The position numbers were made by a program, and so were the translations under genes. The notes under the pieces are model-generated. The model was given only the letters and a program-made list of their open reading frames with translations. It was not told the DNA's origin and ran no database searches. A stretch of 63,484 nucleotides of DNA, the filler included, from Rhabdomonas costata (taxonomy: Eukaryota): assembly GCA_019059605.1 (NCBI GenBank). It is 43 parts of 43 records of this genome, joined end to end, with 100 filler letters (N's around TTAATTAATTAA, not from the genome) between each part and the next. Parts side by side here need not be neighbours in the genome. Positions count along the whole stretch, not along the records: positions 38,446 to 39,824 come from JAHMHO010017698.1; positions 39,925 to 41,303 come from JAHMHO010017699.1; positions 41,404 to 42,781 come from JAHMHO010017700.1; positions 42,882 to 44,260 come from JAHMHO010017701.1; positions 44,361 to 45,739 come from JAHMHO010017702.1; positions 45,840 to 47,219 come from JAHMHO010017703.1; positions 47,320 to 48,698 come from JAHMHO010017704.1; positions 48,799 to 50,179 come from JAHMHO010017705.1; 35 more parts are not named here. The stretch is one strand, 5' to 3'. This document shows positions 39,164-50,867 of the stretch, piece by piece. Every line of letters starts with the position of its first letter. Position 1 is the stretch's first letter.

Positions 39164-39824
39164 ATGGCTGTGGCAAGCAAAGACGCGATGCAGCGCCGAC
39201 TGGACGAGAACGTGGAGCGGCTTTTGAAGGGGTTTTCTTCCCTCCTCCAACATGCCCAGGTGCATGCGACCTTAGTCATCAGCAATGCTGGAATCGGCTA
39301 AAGGGCATTATTATGGGCTGAAATGGGTTGGTTTAGCATTTCTATCTCCTCGTATCCATTGGCTTCCGGTGGCGAGGTGGTGATGATGTTTTCAACAGTG
39401 CAAGATTGAAATGCGACAGGCATGATCCCCTTGCTCCTCAAGAAAATGGCTGGGGTCTGGACGATGAATCGTTGAATCGTTTGTCGCTGTCAAGAACCGA
39501 ACGTTCTTCGATCGTTCGCTTAAAAGCAGAGACAACAATTCTACCGGCATTCAAGGAGTCAGTAATTTGGTGGTGGTGATGTTAAGACATCAGTTATGTC
39601 GCGGCTGTCGTGCATTTATACCATCCCCCAGCCCTCTAGCTTCATATGCCGGCTGCACTCGTGGTTTTGTGGAAAATTGGCATTTGTCGTCATTGTAGCA
39701 GCGACATAGCTAGCTGTCTTGCTGGGCCATTGGCGCAGGTGAAAGAGCACCCTGATACGGGAACTGTGGCCTCGCAGGCTGCCTCCGACAGCCTTGTTGT
39801 GCAAGTCAGCTGCCAGCAGCTGTC
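39164..39824 (+). CDS. MED22: Probable Mediator subunit 22, exons 39164-39259 and 39739-contig end
   Basis: MAVASKDAMQRRLDENVERLLKGFSSLLQHAQ/VKEHPDTGTVASQAASDSLVVQVSCQQL fits the Med22 two-helix pattern; phase-0 GT-AG intron. Confidence 0.55.
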
Positions 39825-40660
39825 NNNNNNNNNNNNNNNNNNNNNNNNNNNNNNNNNNNNNNNNNNNNTTAATTAATTAANNNNNNNNNNNNNNNNNNNN
39901 NNNNNNNNNNNNNNNNNNNNNNNNGTGTGGTTTGACATGCTATCGTTCGAGCCCCGATGACGGTTCCTGGTTGCGGACAGAAACTGTTGATGCCTCAGTG
40001 GGGGTAATATTGCGCTCAACATTCTACATAGCTTTGTCTGCAGAGCTTCCTTCCAGTTAGGTTCCTTCCACAAAAGCGAAACAATGAAATCGATGAAAAA
40101 GTTTCCAGAGGGGGGCCTCTTATTAGAAAAACGTCGCGGGGCCAGGTCCGCCATTGCCAAGGCAAAACACCTAGGTTGGGGTGTGACGGAAGTACTTTCA
40201 ACAAGCACAGTGCATTCCCAGATGGAATTACGGTCAGCAGAGGCCACCCGCTGGTTATTCCGTTGGAAAGTGCCTCCATCCGAAGATCCTGCACCAACCG
40301 GCAATGGCATGCAACATATGACTACATTTTGCACACCCACCACACCAATTTTACCGAAAAAATAAACAAACCGGGGCACCCGTAAATCACCCCCTGCACA
40401 TTGCCATTTGCATTTCAAGGGCACGGGAATCACCTCATAACACCAAGGAGAGATCGGGGCGCACAAAAAGGAAGCCCCCAAAACCAAATTCCTTCATAAC
40501 ATAATCGCAGAGGTCTAGGCATCCCGAATCCCGAGTAGTGAGAAGGTGTCAGTCTCAGTGCAAACCGGAAACACCGGCGCCAACGCAAAGCTTGAAGGAA
40601 ACCCCAAGGGCACACGACGCTGAACGGGCAAAGCAAGATGAGGATAAACGGAATGCAAAC

Positions 40661-41025
40661 CTCTGCAGCAGTCCGACTGGACGCAAACCGACGAAGCGCA
40701 CACTGTGGATGGGCTGTTCGGAGTGGTTCCCCGGGGGCAAATGAAGCTCGCGCTGGCGCATGTCGGCAATGACGACGACGATGCTGTGCAGGATGCACGG
40801 AAACCCAGCATGCACAGAAACCAGGGTTTTGCTTTTTTCTCATTTATTGGGGTCGAATTCTATCGTTTTGTTTTTTCTTTCTTTCGTTTCGAGAAACTTC
40901 TTTTGTGGACACAACCGTGCAGCAGTCCGTCTGGTTGCATCCGGGCGCGAGGCAGCGCGTGCTGGCAGCCCTTGCAGTGTACCCACTGGGGCAGGTGAAG
41001 CTCACGCTGCCGCACGTCACCACAG
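40661..41025 (-). CDS. Cys-rich repeat protein, one repeat per exon (about 41025-40916 and 40783-40661)
   Basis: TCGSVSFTCPSGYTARAASTRCLAPGCNQTDCC and TCASASFICPRGTTPNSPSTVCASSVCVQSDCC share six-Cys spacing. Confidence 0.75.
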
Positions 41026-41472
41026 CTGGAGCCATTCAAAACACAGAGCAAAAGGGTAAATTAATCACCAGGCAATGGAAAATGCAACTATAGTGAGCCA
41101 ACTTTCGCAGGTAAGGTAAGCTGGAAGGATGGATAGATGCAACTCAGCTACAGTCCCTCCGGCGTTGGGACGGACCTTATCGTTAGTTAAAATTCCGACT
41201 TTTCAAGATTTCAGGAATTCGGAAAAGGTCACAACCCAACGGAGTGTCAACATCCATTTACCAGTTACCACCAACCATGTGTCACTAATGCTAAACCACA
41301 ACCNNNNNNNNNNNNNNNNNNNNNNNNNNNNNNNNNNNNNNNNNNNNTTAATTAATTAANNNNNNNNNNNNNNNNNNNNNNNNNNNNNNNNNNNNNNNNN
41401 NNNGAGCCCATCAAGAGAGCTAACCCCTTGCTCATGATCGGATTCTGGACCAGACCTCTGATGTGTAAGAGC

Positions 41473-41632
41473 TATTTTGCGCACTGCATTTTCGCGCTGC
41501 AATTTTTGCTTTAAATGTGTTTATTGCCCAGGTATGGTGGTGGTAGTGGTAGTATTTTGCGCACTGCATTTTCGCGCTGCAATTTTTGCTTTAAATGTGT
41601 TTATTGCCCAGGTATGGTGGTGGTAGTGGTAG
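41473..41632. repeat. Perfect 80-bp tandem duplication
   Basis: 41473-41552 equals 41553-41632. Confidence 0.95.
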
Positions 41633-41942
41633 TTTGTGCACTGCCCGCCCCAGAGCTGCAGCCCCCTTTGTGTTTCCGGTTTTCTGTGGATGGTAACACC
41701 ACGCCCAAGCACGCACGCTGGGTGAGACAAATTAGGAACGTCGTCACCGACCTACAAACCTGCACACCACCGCAACACAGTAGCGGTGCAAAGCCTCACG
41801 GGCGGCCGGTTTCTGTCTCCGGTACACCCGCCCACCCACACATACACCAGCGCGCAACGCGCCCAAAACACACACACATACCAGAAGTTTACTTCGGAGA
41901 TTCTTACCTCTCTTCCTTTCGTTTTGGAAATTGCCTTTACAG

Positions 41943-42427
41943 GGGAGAGCTACAGGCAGGCCTTGGTGGCGGTGGACTTTGAGGGGGCGCTGTTTGACTG
42001 CTCGCTTCGGTACCCTACCTCAACAGACCTGGTCTCTGCCGTGGTCAGGGCCTACCTCGCCGTGGGAGTGGACCCAGCCGAGAAATGTATTTTTCCTTCC
42101 GATTTTTCAGTGCTGCTTTTTCCGGGTGGGCAGTAGACGTGAGACATGCTCGAAAAGGGGGACTGCGGAAATGTCGGGGAGAGGAGGATAATGGTAAGAC
42201 CCAACCCCTCCTTGTTAGCCCAGCACAGCACAGCACATTCTCAGCTGGGCGAACTCGCAAGGAACTCAGCCTCGAAGGGGTCAGGGAAAGTAATTCCTCC
42301 CGCCCCTCTCTCTTTCACGCAACGCACCTGTCACACAGTTGACAAAAACCCAATCGCGGACGAGACCTTGCAGAGCCTTCTGGCGGACCCTGCCCAGGGC
42401 CCAGCTCCGGCCCCTCCGCCGCAGTAG
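41943..42427 (+). CDS. Last two exons of a hypothetical protein (41943-42086, 42339-42427)
   Basis: In-phase GT-AG splice: ESYRQALVAVDFEGALFDCSLRYP...DPAEK/FDKNPIADETLQSLLADP...stop. Confidence 0.6.
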
Positions 42428-45400
42428 CTGTAGCTTTGCGCCGTTCCCTTCTGTTTGGAAAGATCGGCCTTCACAGTGGAGGAGGGGATTGAGCTCCCTC
42501 CCGCTTCAGTTGTGTGTGTAGTGCATGGATATTTTTCGGGGATGTGACTGAAACTCGTCTTTTTGGAGCAGCTTGCATTATGCTGTTGTGAAGTCTGCTT
42601 TTAGTGTAGTTCGGACGGTTCTAACAGTTTGCCAACTTTTTTGATATTCTTGAAAGCAGAACAGGGTGCGCGTCATTCGTAATGTAACGCGTTCGGCTCA
42701 ACCCAGGGCTACAGGGCTACACCCACACGTTGATAGTGATGTGTCACAGAGTGCAGCATTATTGAAATTATTGAGTCATCGNNNNNNNNNNNNNNNNNNN
42801 NNNNNNNNNNNNNNNNNNNNNNNNNTTAATTAATTAANNNNNNNNNNNNNNNNNNNNNNNNNNNNNNNNNNNNNNNNNNNNGTGTTGTGGTCCCTGGTTC
42901 CTTCATTTGGTTTGGTGAAATGCGGCACAATTATGACGAAACCAATGTTCAAAATGACTTGTTAGGTTCGAACGACGGCACTCGCAGACACTGCCCCTCC
43001 CCCTTGAGCTTTCGAACCCGTGTACCTGCCATGCTGGAGGGAGCTGAGTCTCCGCCAGTCTCCACTGAAGCGCTGGACTCGGGTAAGGTACCTACGCCTT
43101 CGGTCGCCAGCTCGCGCTGCTCGGCCTGAGAGTCCTCGACCTCGGACGGCATCATAAATACCCCACTGCCAGAGCCATGTCCATGACACACCTATGCAAC
43201 GACGGCAGCATAAGATAACACAAAGACTCTTGATACCTACATCCTCATAACATTTAGGCCAAACTCTTCGGAACGCGGGCAGATGTGAGAAGCTCTTTTC
43301 GCTGTGACGCGAAGAAGCTTCGAACTGACCGATTCTCTTTGATATCGCACCCCTACTTCCAGGATGCAGGATGAAGCATGGGGGATTGTCAAGCTCACGC
43401 ACGCGCACACGCTCGTACTGAAGTGGCTGTCTCCATAACTTTCACCACCCATAGTATCGAACACTCCAAGCAGCACAGAAGACGCCTGACCACCCACGCA
43501 CACACAACCACAACAACCACAACCAGCAACATCGACACCACAACGTGCAGCAGCCACCACCTCGTCTTCAATGACTGGGGGTTTGCTGAACATGCTATTC
43601 CCAATGGCCACAACTAGTAATTGCGTTATCAAGAAGGAGAAAGTTATTAGAATGTATGTTTTTGTTTTTATTTGAAGAGTTTGAGTTGTGCAGTGTTAAC
43701 AAAGGCATTTTAATAAATATAAGGAAGGAAAATATAAGCGTATGCAATAACAATCCTCATCCATTGTACTTTTTCCAAACCCAACCACCACAGAGAAACC
43801 CAAAGCACTGTCAGACAGAACGTCGTTGAATAATGCCAGAACGAGAACGCAGGAAGGCCCATACAACACCACAAGCACACCACTACAGCCCCTTGCATAG
43901 ATCGCCCACACCACCTCACAACACCCGCGCACACCATCCCACCAAGCACACTCCACTCCACCAACGTCACTTCCCACCTCATCATACATCTGAAGAGAGT
44001 TCCACCTGGTTAGTCATGCAAGCCCAATCATCAAGCACCATACCTACAAACCCCACAACGCCTTGATCAACTTCTGGCCCACATCCCATCACACACGAAA
44101 CCACTTCGACACACCGTCCAATACTACCCACGTCGACACCACGTCAAAGCACCCCATCCAATCCAAGACAAGGGCACCATTTGGCACACCAAACACAGTA
44201 CCAGCACCAACCCTGCACGCAACCCACCCAACACCGTATATGCTTCCCCGACACCCTGCCNNNNNNNNNNNNNNNNNNNNNNNNNNNNNNNNNNNNNNNN
44301 NNNNTTAATTAATTAANNNNNNNNNNNNNNNNNNNNNNNNNNNNNNNNNNNNNNNNNNNNTGTATGTGTGTGTTGGAGGGGGGGGGATGATAAACTATGC
44401 CGGTGCTCTCCACATGAGTATTTAGGTTGGTACCTCAGGAATTGATGCTGGCTAAGGACTAGCCCGTGGCAGCGATTTGGGCGGACGAGCGGGACAGCAT
44501 TATTGTAGGGGCGCAGCAGGCCTGGGAGGTGGTTCGTTCAGATGAAGTGCCGGTGCTTTCACCCTTCGGCAGGTGCGTGTGCTAACTTTTGGATTTATCT
44601 TCACCCTGAAGCATGCCACACTCAGCTAACAGCCAGCGTCTTAGCAGATGGCTCGCTCTGGGAGGGGGGGAGAATACAAAGGACGTACGAGGAGAGGTTA
44701 AAAAAGCTGATGATTTCGCTTGGCGGATCCCACACTCGGCTAACAGCAAGCGCGGGGTGGCGATGTTGCCTTTCCCGCCACAAGATCGCAGGTCTCATCC
44801 CTAACTTGCGAATTGGCTTATCCCACACACCGCTGGACCTCTTTTGTCGTGACAGAACTGTAACGATTGTCGAGGTTTACGACATCGGACGACTGCTTGA
44901 CTCTCATTGGGATGGAGGGTCCACCAGAATAGTGATCTGTCAATATGCTCAGCCCACTCTCCCCGGGAACAGCAAAAACCCCACTAGAACAACAAACGAA
45001 CACAACTCTTGCAAAGCAGAACATCGGATGTCTCAAACCGCTGTATCGTGGACATTAAAGGCAGCAAAACACGATGCAAAGAAAAAACACAGAGGAGGAG
45101 GCGTTACAACGTTACATCGTTACCGTACAATTGGGGGAAGCTGGCAGTAGTGCCGTTGTGTGTTGTAATAACCATGTCGACGAAACAGTAGCACAGAGAA
45201 AGTCAAAATGGCCACAAGGCCGTTTTTTCTTTGCGGGGCAAGGCGGCCATCTCAGTGCAGCACGCATTGCACCCCGACAACCCGAATCAACACAAAACCA
45301 CCTTCACAGAGTTTCCGCTTATGCCGCTCGCTATATTTTCCACAAAGTGACACAGGCCGACTGACTCACTGGTTGGGTGGCCAACAGCCCCCCACGGTCA

Positions 45401-45839
45401 GCCGTACCTGTACAGTGCAAACACTACACAGGGGAAGAGAGAGAGTGTGTGGAGAGTGTTCGTGCGTGGAAGAAACCGCTGCCTACTCCAATCCCTTACA
45501 GGCGGTACGACCCTCAGCCTCCCTCGCAACCAAGGTCGAAAGGCAGACGGAGGGAAGAGAGCAATACCCATTCCGCAAGAGGGCTGGTATGGAAACAGAC
45601 ATAGAGAGAGAGAGAGAGAGGAAGGAAGGCCACAAAACATTCCGCCAGTCTCCATGTACACCGGATGCACGGCAGCAGAGCAAGTGGTACTTACAGGGCA
45701 GGAGGAGGGACCGATGGTTGCCCACACGCTCCCACAGAANNNNNNNNNNNNNNNNNNNNNNNNNNNNNNNNNNNNNNNNNNNNTTAATTAATTAANNNNN
45801 NNNNNNNNNNNNNNNNNNNNNNNNNNNNNNNNNNNNNNN

Positions 45840-46187
45840 GGGGGTGTACCTGTCCTGCCCACGGCAGGCCCTGACGCAGCAGCCACCGCACTGATCGGGG
45901 CCAGGGGTAGGGGCCACAGCCCCGTCCCTTGTCCCAGAGTTGTGCGCAGAAGTAACGGTGGGCGTTGGGCGGGTGCCCCACCGCCCAAAGGAGGGACCTT
46001 GGCCTGCGGCGGCAGCGGCAGCGAAGGGGTCTGCTGCAATTGCTGCTGCTGTTGCTGTTGCTGGAGTTGCTGCAGCTCAGAAGGAGCCGCGGTGATGGGG
46101 AAGAGAGAGAGGCGGGGGGGGTGAGAAAGGCGGCTGCGACTGCCGGAGGAGTCGGTGGCGAGCAGGGAAGGGAGCCGGGAAGGCGCC
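45840..46187 (-). CDS. Low-complexity Pro/Gln-rich exon with a polyQ tract
   Basis: TAG acceptor; open frame with ELQQLQQQQQQQQLQQ encoded by mixed CAG/CAA. Confidence 0.5.
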
Positions 46188-46909
46188 CTAGGGAGTGGGA
46201 GAGGAGTGTGCGTTGAGATTTTAGACGAAAAGGATAAGAAAATTGGAAAAAGGAAGCACTGGACTTTTGTCCGACAGAACTCCCGGCATGGCAACCCCAA
46301 CTCCACACTTAATGTACAGAGAACCTACTGCCCCACTTCTGGCTGTCCATATTTGCCTGCCCTTTTCTGTGTGGTGCAAGGAAAGGGGCAATGACACACA
46401 CTGTTATGAAGGTTGCTTGTCTTCGGCGGGGCCTTTCACATGTTCTCCTGCAGCCAAGCTGCTTTTTTGGGGTTAAGAACACCTGAGGAAATACCTCAGT
46501 GGTGCATTGAATGGCAATACGAAGCCCTGACTTTCTGCGCTCAACCAACCTACCAGCAGACACTGCAGCCCCACCAACACCACCTCCAAAAAAGGAGCAC
46601 CCAACAGCCTTTGTTAGAATTCCTTTTTTTTGGCCTGACAAACACTTCGTGGACAAGGGTTTTTGGTCGAGGTCATATCTGCCAAGGAGGGCTTTCTGTA
46701 GCTCTCCCGCTGCCTGGCCGCTGCTCGGGGTATGGATCACCACTCTGCTGCTGGGATGAGATTCCTGGGAAACCTCAATGGCGACCTTGAGTTCTAGGGA
46801 GCCCCCACCCTCTGCACTCGTCCATTCTTCATACCGCTCGGTGGCCTCACTTTGACAATCTTCTGCCTGAGGTCCTTAGGTCATCTTTACACACGCACAC
46901 GCACACTTG

Positions 46910-46990
46910 GTGCACTTGGCAAGGATGAATTTTTTCTGGGGAGGACTCGAGGTCCACTTCCCCCCTGGGCTCCCACCTATCGATGGGGCA
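46910..46990 (+). repeat. Dispersed repeat, copy 2
   Basis: Aligns without gaps to 37316-37396. Confidence 0.75.
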
Positions 46991-48918
46991 TGGGCCCATC
47001 GGGCCTCACACCCTTGTCAGCCTATGGTACCTTGTCCCGCTGTCTTGTCACGTAGGGTTGGTTTACCCCATGTGACCCCCGACCCACAGTGTACGCGGGG
47101 CCTTGGGAACCCCGATTGGCGCGTTTAGAGATATCTTTGTGGGTACCCAACCTTCCGCGCTCGTACACTTCCCTTTGGGCCCTATTGCCCTTCTGGGTTT
47201 GGGTCCTCCACCCCACCACNNNNNNNNNNNNNNNNNNNNNNNNNNNNNNNNNNNNNNNNNNNNTTAATTAATTAANNNNNNNNNNNNNNNNNNNNNNNNN
47301 NNNNNNNNNNNNNNNNNNNACATTAGCGGTGGTGGACATAAATAAACGTGGCAGCGGATATGCCATAAACGTATGCACTGTCCAAGTCACCCAAACCAAA
47401 TGCGGTGGTGTGAGTTTGTGGGGGGGTAGGCAATTTGCAACCCGAGGTGAGGGAACCAGAGCATTTCCCGATTGCTTCTGAGGGAGCTGCGGAGGAGTGC
47501 AAGGCGGAGAATCCAGCGCAGACCATTCCCTGTGCAGATGGACCACAAAAGACTCGCATCAAAATCTGCTCCCGCGAGGTTTGACGCCCTCGAGGAACCG
47601 CAAATCGCAACTACAAACTGAGAAAGTAGCAGAAAGAAAAAAAGTTACGGAGAGTACCCAACAGGAGAGGATGAACACGTCGAAGCGGAGCAAAAAAAAC
47701 ATGAAGGTATGGGAAAATGGGGATATTGTGGGCACGCTGAAGTCACACCCCAGGCACGAGGGCTGAGCTTCTGGGGTGAGCGGCAAGGGAGCGCTTGCTG
47801 CTTGGCGTGATGGCGGTGAAGTGTAGTGGATCGATGCGTGGTACCACTCCCCACGGCCAGTGCCACCCCAGGAACGCCCGCTGAGGCTTGGGGTGGACGG
47901 GGCAAGGGACCTGCCATCGGTACTCATCGGCATTAGTCTATGTCAGTCTCAAAAAGACAACCTCCCCATCCCAAAAACCCAAACATTGCGACAACAGAGT
48001 CTCTGCAAAGAACCGAGGCAAAACACACAGCTGGTCCTCCAGCTTCCCCAAATGCAGAGGCTACTTTTTTTTGGTAGGGCCCGTGTCATATCAAAAATGA
48101 GAAGCGAGAAATCAATCACAGATTATGTTCTGTTACTGGAACATCTGAAAAACGTCGCTACATCCATGAAAAACATGAATTTAGCAGCTTGCAATGCATA
48201 CGAAACAACTGAGCTGACATGGTTTCCAAAGTGAGACTTTTTTCCTTCCCAAAACCCCTGTAAGGCCAAAAGGTAACATTTGCGTAACACTTTTTTTACC
48301 TCTCAGTTTTCACTTTTGAGGTGTAATGGGCTATGTAACTAGCAAAGTCAGTAGGCGGCATTGCAGCGGTTTGGATAAAGCAGCCGGAAAGCAAGGGTTA
48401 TCAATCTATTCTTGCAAGCGGCAATGCAATGCTGCATAAGGCCTTTGTTGCTGAAACGAACCGAAGTGAGGTACGAATGTAGTGGAGCGTAGGGTCCAGC
48501 AGAAATTTTTCTCGTTCGTAAACTTGGCGATTTTTTCAACCCGATCCGATAATGGGATATAAAACGAAGCTGACGTGGAGTCGAAAAATACCCCCCCCCC
48601 CTTAATTGGGACTAAGCACCACGATTTGAGCTTTGATTCGACCTCCGGTAAGTGGTCGTTTTTTGGGGGGAGGGGGGGGACGGGAAACCCGACTTTTTNN
48701 NNNNNNNNNNNNNNNNNNNNNNNNNNNNNNNNNNNNNNNNNNTTAATTAATTAANNNNNNNNNNNNNNNNNNNNNNNNNNNNNNNNNNNNNNNNNNNNGG
48801 TGTGGCTGCAATTTCCAGTGCACTGAAAATTGCAGCCACACCTGGTCAGTACCAGGACATGTAAAACACAACGCGAACATCTTGAAATGCACTTTTTCAT
48901 CAACCACCGTCGCCATGC

Positions 48919-49999
48919 TTGCAAAGCGTAGCACAGGAACCTCACTCCCTCATGCTGACGGAAGTGCTCAACGTAGGTCTTGCTCTGGTCGGGAATGAAC
49001 GCGTAGGCCAAAGGCTCCGGCTCAGGAGTCTGGATGGGACTCCCTTTGCTCACTCTCATGGCCATCACCTCGCTGCGAATCTGCCCCGTTTTGCAAAAAA
49101 TCGAATGTAGGTGGAGGTGGAGGGTGGATCAGGGAGGACGAGATTAAGTTAGACAACCAAAACTTCATCGGCTTGGGACGGCAAACAAAACAAAAGGTTC
49201 TTTTCGAAGTCCAAAAAGTCCAAAAAGCTTCAAACATGAACCTCATAAAATCAGCCAAACGCTCCTTTGCTGCCATTTTTGCAGGCCACAGGTGGGTTAC
49301 GTGTGAAAGCAACGCGAAGCTTCAGGAAAGAGAAGACAGTTACAAGGAAAAATGAGACAGTTAACAAAGGCGAACAGTAGTCCTCGGCAGCTGCGATAAG
49401 AATGAGATAATTGACAAAAGTGCCAAGGACACTTCCATGCCCACCTGATTCAGATAATCGTCAGTGAAGCTAAAACCCACGTACAGGATAGTCCGGCAGG
49501 ACATCAAGCTCTTCAAAAAGGTAGGATAGGCTGGGCACTTGTGCAGCAGCTTGCGGTAGCCCTCGCTGGAGAGCACAAGCCGGGCGTTATCGCAGCCATT
49601 TGGAGCCAGCCCAGTTTCCCTCACGCTGCCGTGAAGCTGGAGAATGGGTCGGGGCTTCCTTCCGTCGGGGCGAAACCGGAGAATGTCCAAGTAGGATGGC
49701 CCTTTTTCCATCAAAGGCGTTGGCCAAGCACAGAGACTGCACACGAGGTTGCGCGGGCTACCACGTAAGTCAGATGCCATAGCCTGAACCGAGCCCTCCA
49801 AAGCGAAGCAGCCTCCCCCCATGCACCGGCACAGCTCTTGGGAGTAATTCGTGGTAAGCACAGCGTTGAATTTGATGCACTCGACATGCTCCAGTCGGGA
49901 GGCCATAACTGGAAACTTGGCTCGCTTTTCGCGGATTTTGGAGCCCTTCTCAACGGACTTTAGATGTTCCACAATAAACTCCTGCAGGTCGATCTTGTC
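48919..49999 (-). CDS. SIR2-like domain protein (SIR2_2/PF13289 type), exons 49999-49445 and 49080 to about 48919
   Basis: AVLTTNYS, ILQLHGS, LVLSSEGY, FLKSLMSCRTILYVGFSFTDDYLNQ/IRSEV; phase-0 GT-AG intron 49444-49081. Confidence 0.88.
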
Positions 50000-50287
50000 C
50001 TGTGTCATAGAAACACATTAGAAATGCAATTTCAGCTGAACACAGGGGCGAGGGGCATTATCCTCCCCGTCAGCATTTGGCCAGTTCGGGGCGAAGACAG
50101 GACTAAATACAATGTTCAATACTCCGAGATCAGACAACCAACAGACCCTGAAACCGATACGCCACGCCAATCCAGTTAANNNNNNNNNNNNNNNNNNNNN
50201 NNNNNNNNNNNNNNNNNNNNNNNTTAATTAATTAANNNNNNNNNNNNNNNNNNNNNNNNNNNNNNNNNNNNNNNNNNNNGGTTTGGG

Positions 50288-50423
50288 GTGATCGCCCGAA
50301 TTTTTTGCCTTTAGCAGTAGGTATGAGCATCTTAATGATTCGCACGTCCGGTTGAACGACGGGACGTGCGAATCATTAAGATGCTCATACCTACTGCTAA
50401 AGGCAAAAAATTCGGGCGATCAC
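50288..50423. repeat. 62-bp perfect inverted repeat at a contig start (probably a fold-back artefact)
   Basis: 50288-50349 is the reverse complement of 50362-50423; 12-nt loop. Confidence 0.9.
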
Positions 50424-50558
50424 TCAAAACCGTGACATGTTCCAAGATTTACTTCTGAATTTCAACCCGTAAGGAGTGGAAAAGCAGGGATCAACCAGAA
50501 AGGATTGTCGCTGGCAGCAATGAAGAATCCCTTCACAATAACAAAGGCGAACACTGAC

Positions 50559-50867
50559 ACTCCCCTTCACGTAGCGCACCCACAACGACGTCGGGCTGAA
50601 GCTGCGCCAACGCTGCCACACTGCCGCTGCTGTACTCCACCGTACCCACCACAGTCAACCCGTACCGCACCGCCAGCTCCCGCGCAGCCTCGCAAACCTC
50701 CCGCCCGAACGTGGTGTTCTCCAGCAGTAGGGCGATCCTCGCCCGCCGGAACCGCGCCAGCTGCATCGCCAGGTCAGGGTAGTGTGCGGCCGGGGCCAGG
50801 GTGCCAAAGAGGTTGCGGAACCTCCGGCGGGAGGTCTGGTTGAAGCATTTCCCAGCGCCTATCACCG
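50559..50867 (-). CDS. PBP type 1 / branched-chain amino-acid-binding-like receptor ectodomain exon
   Basis: RRFRNLFGTLAPA..Y, RIALLLENTTFGREVCEAARELAVRYGLTVV, LAQLQPDVVVG; CAG acceptor and GTCAGT donor. Confidence 0.75.
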
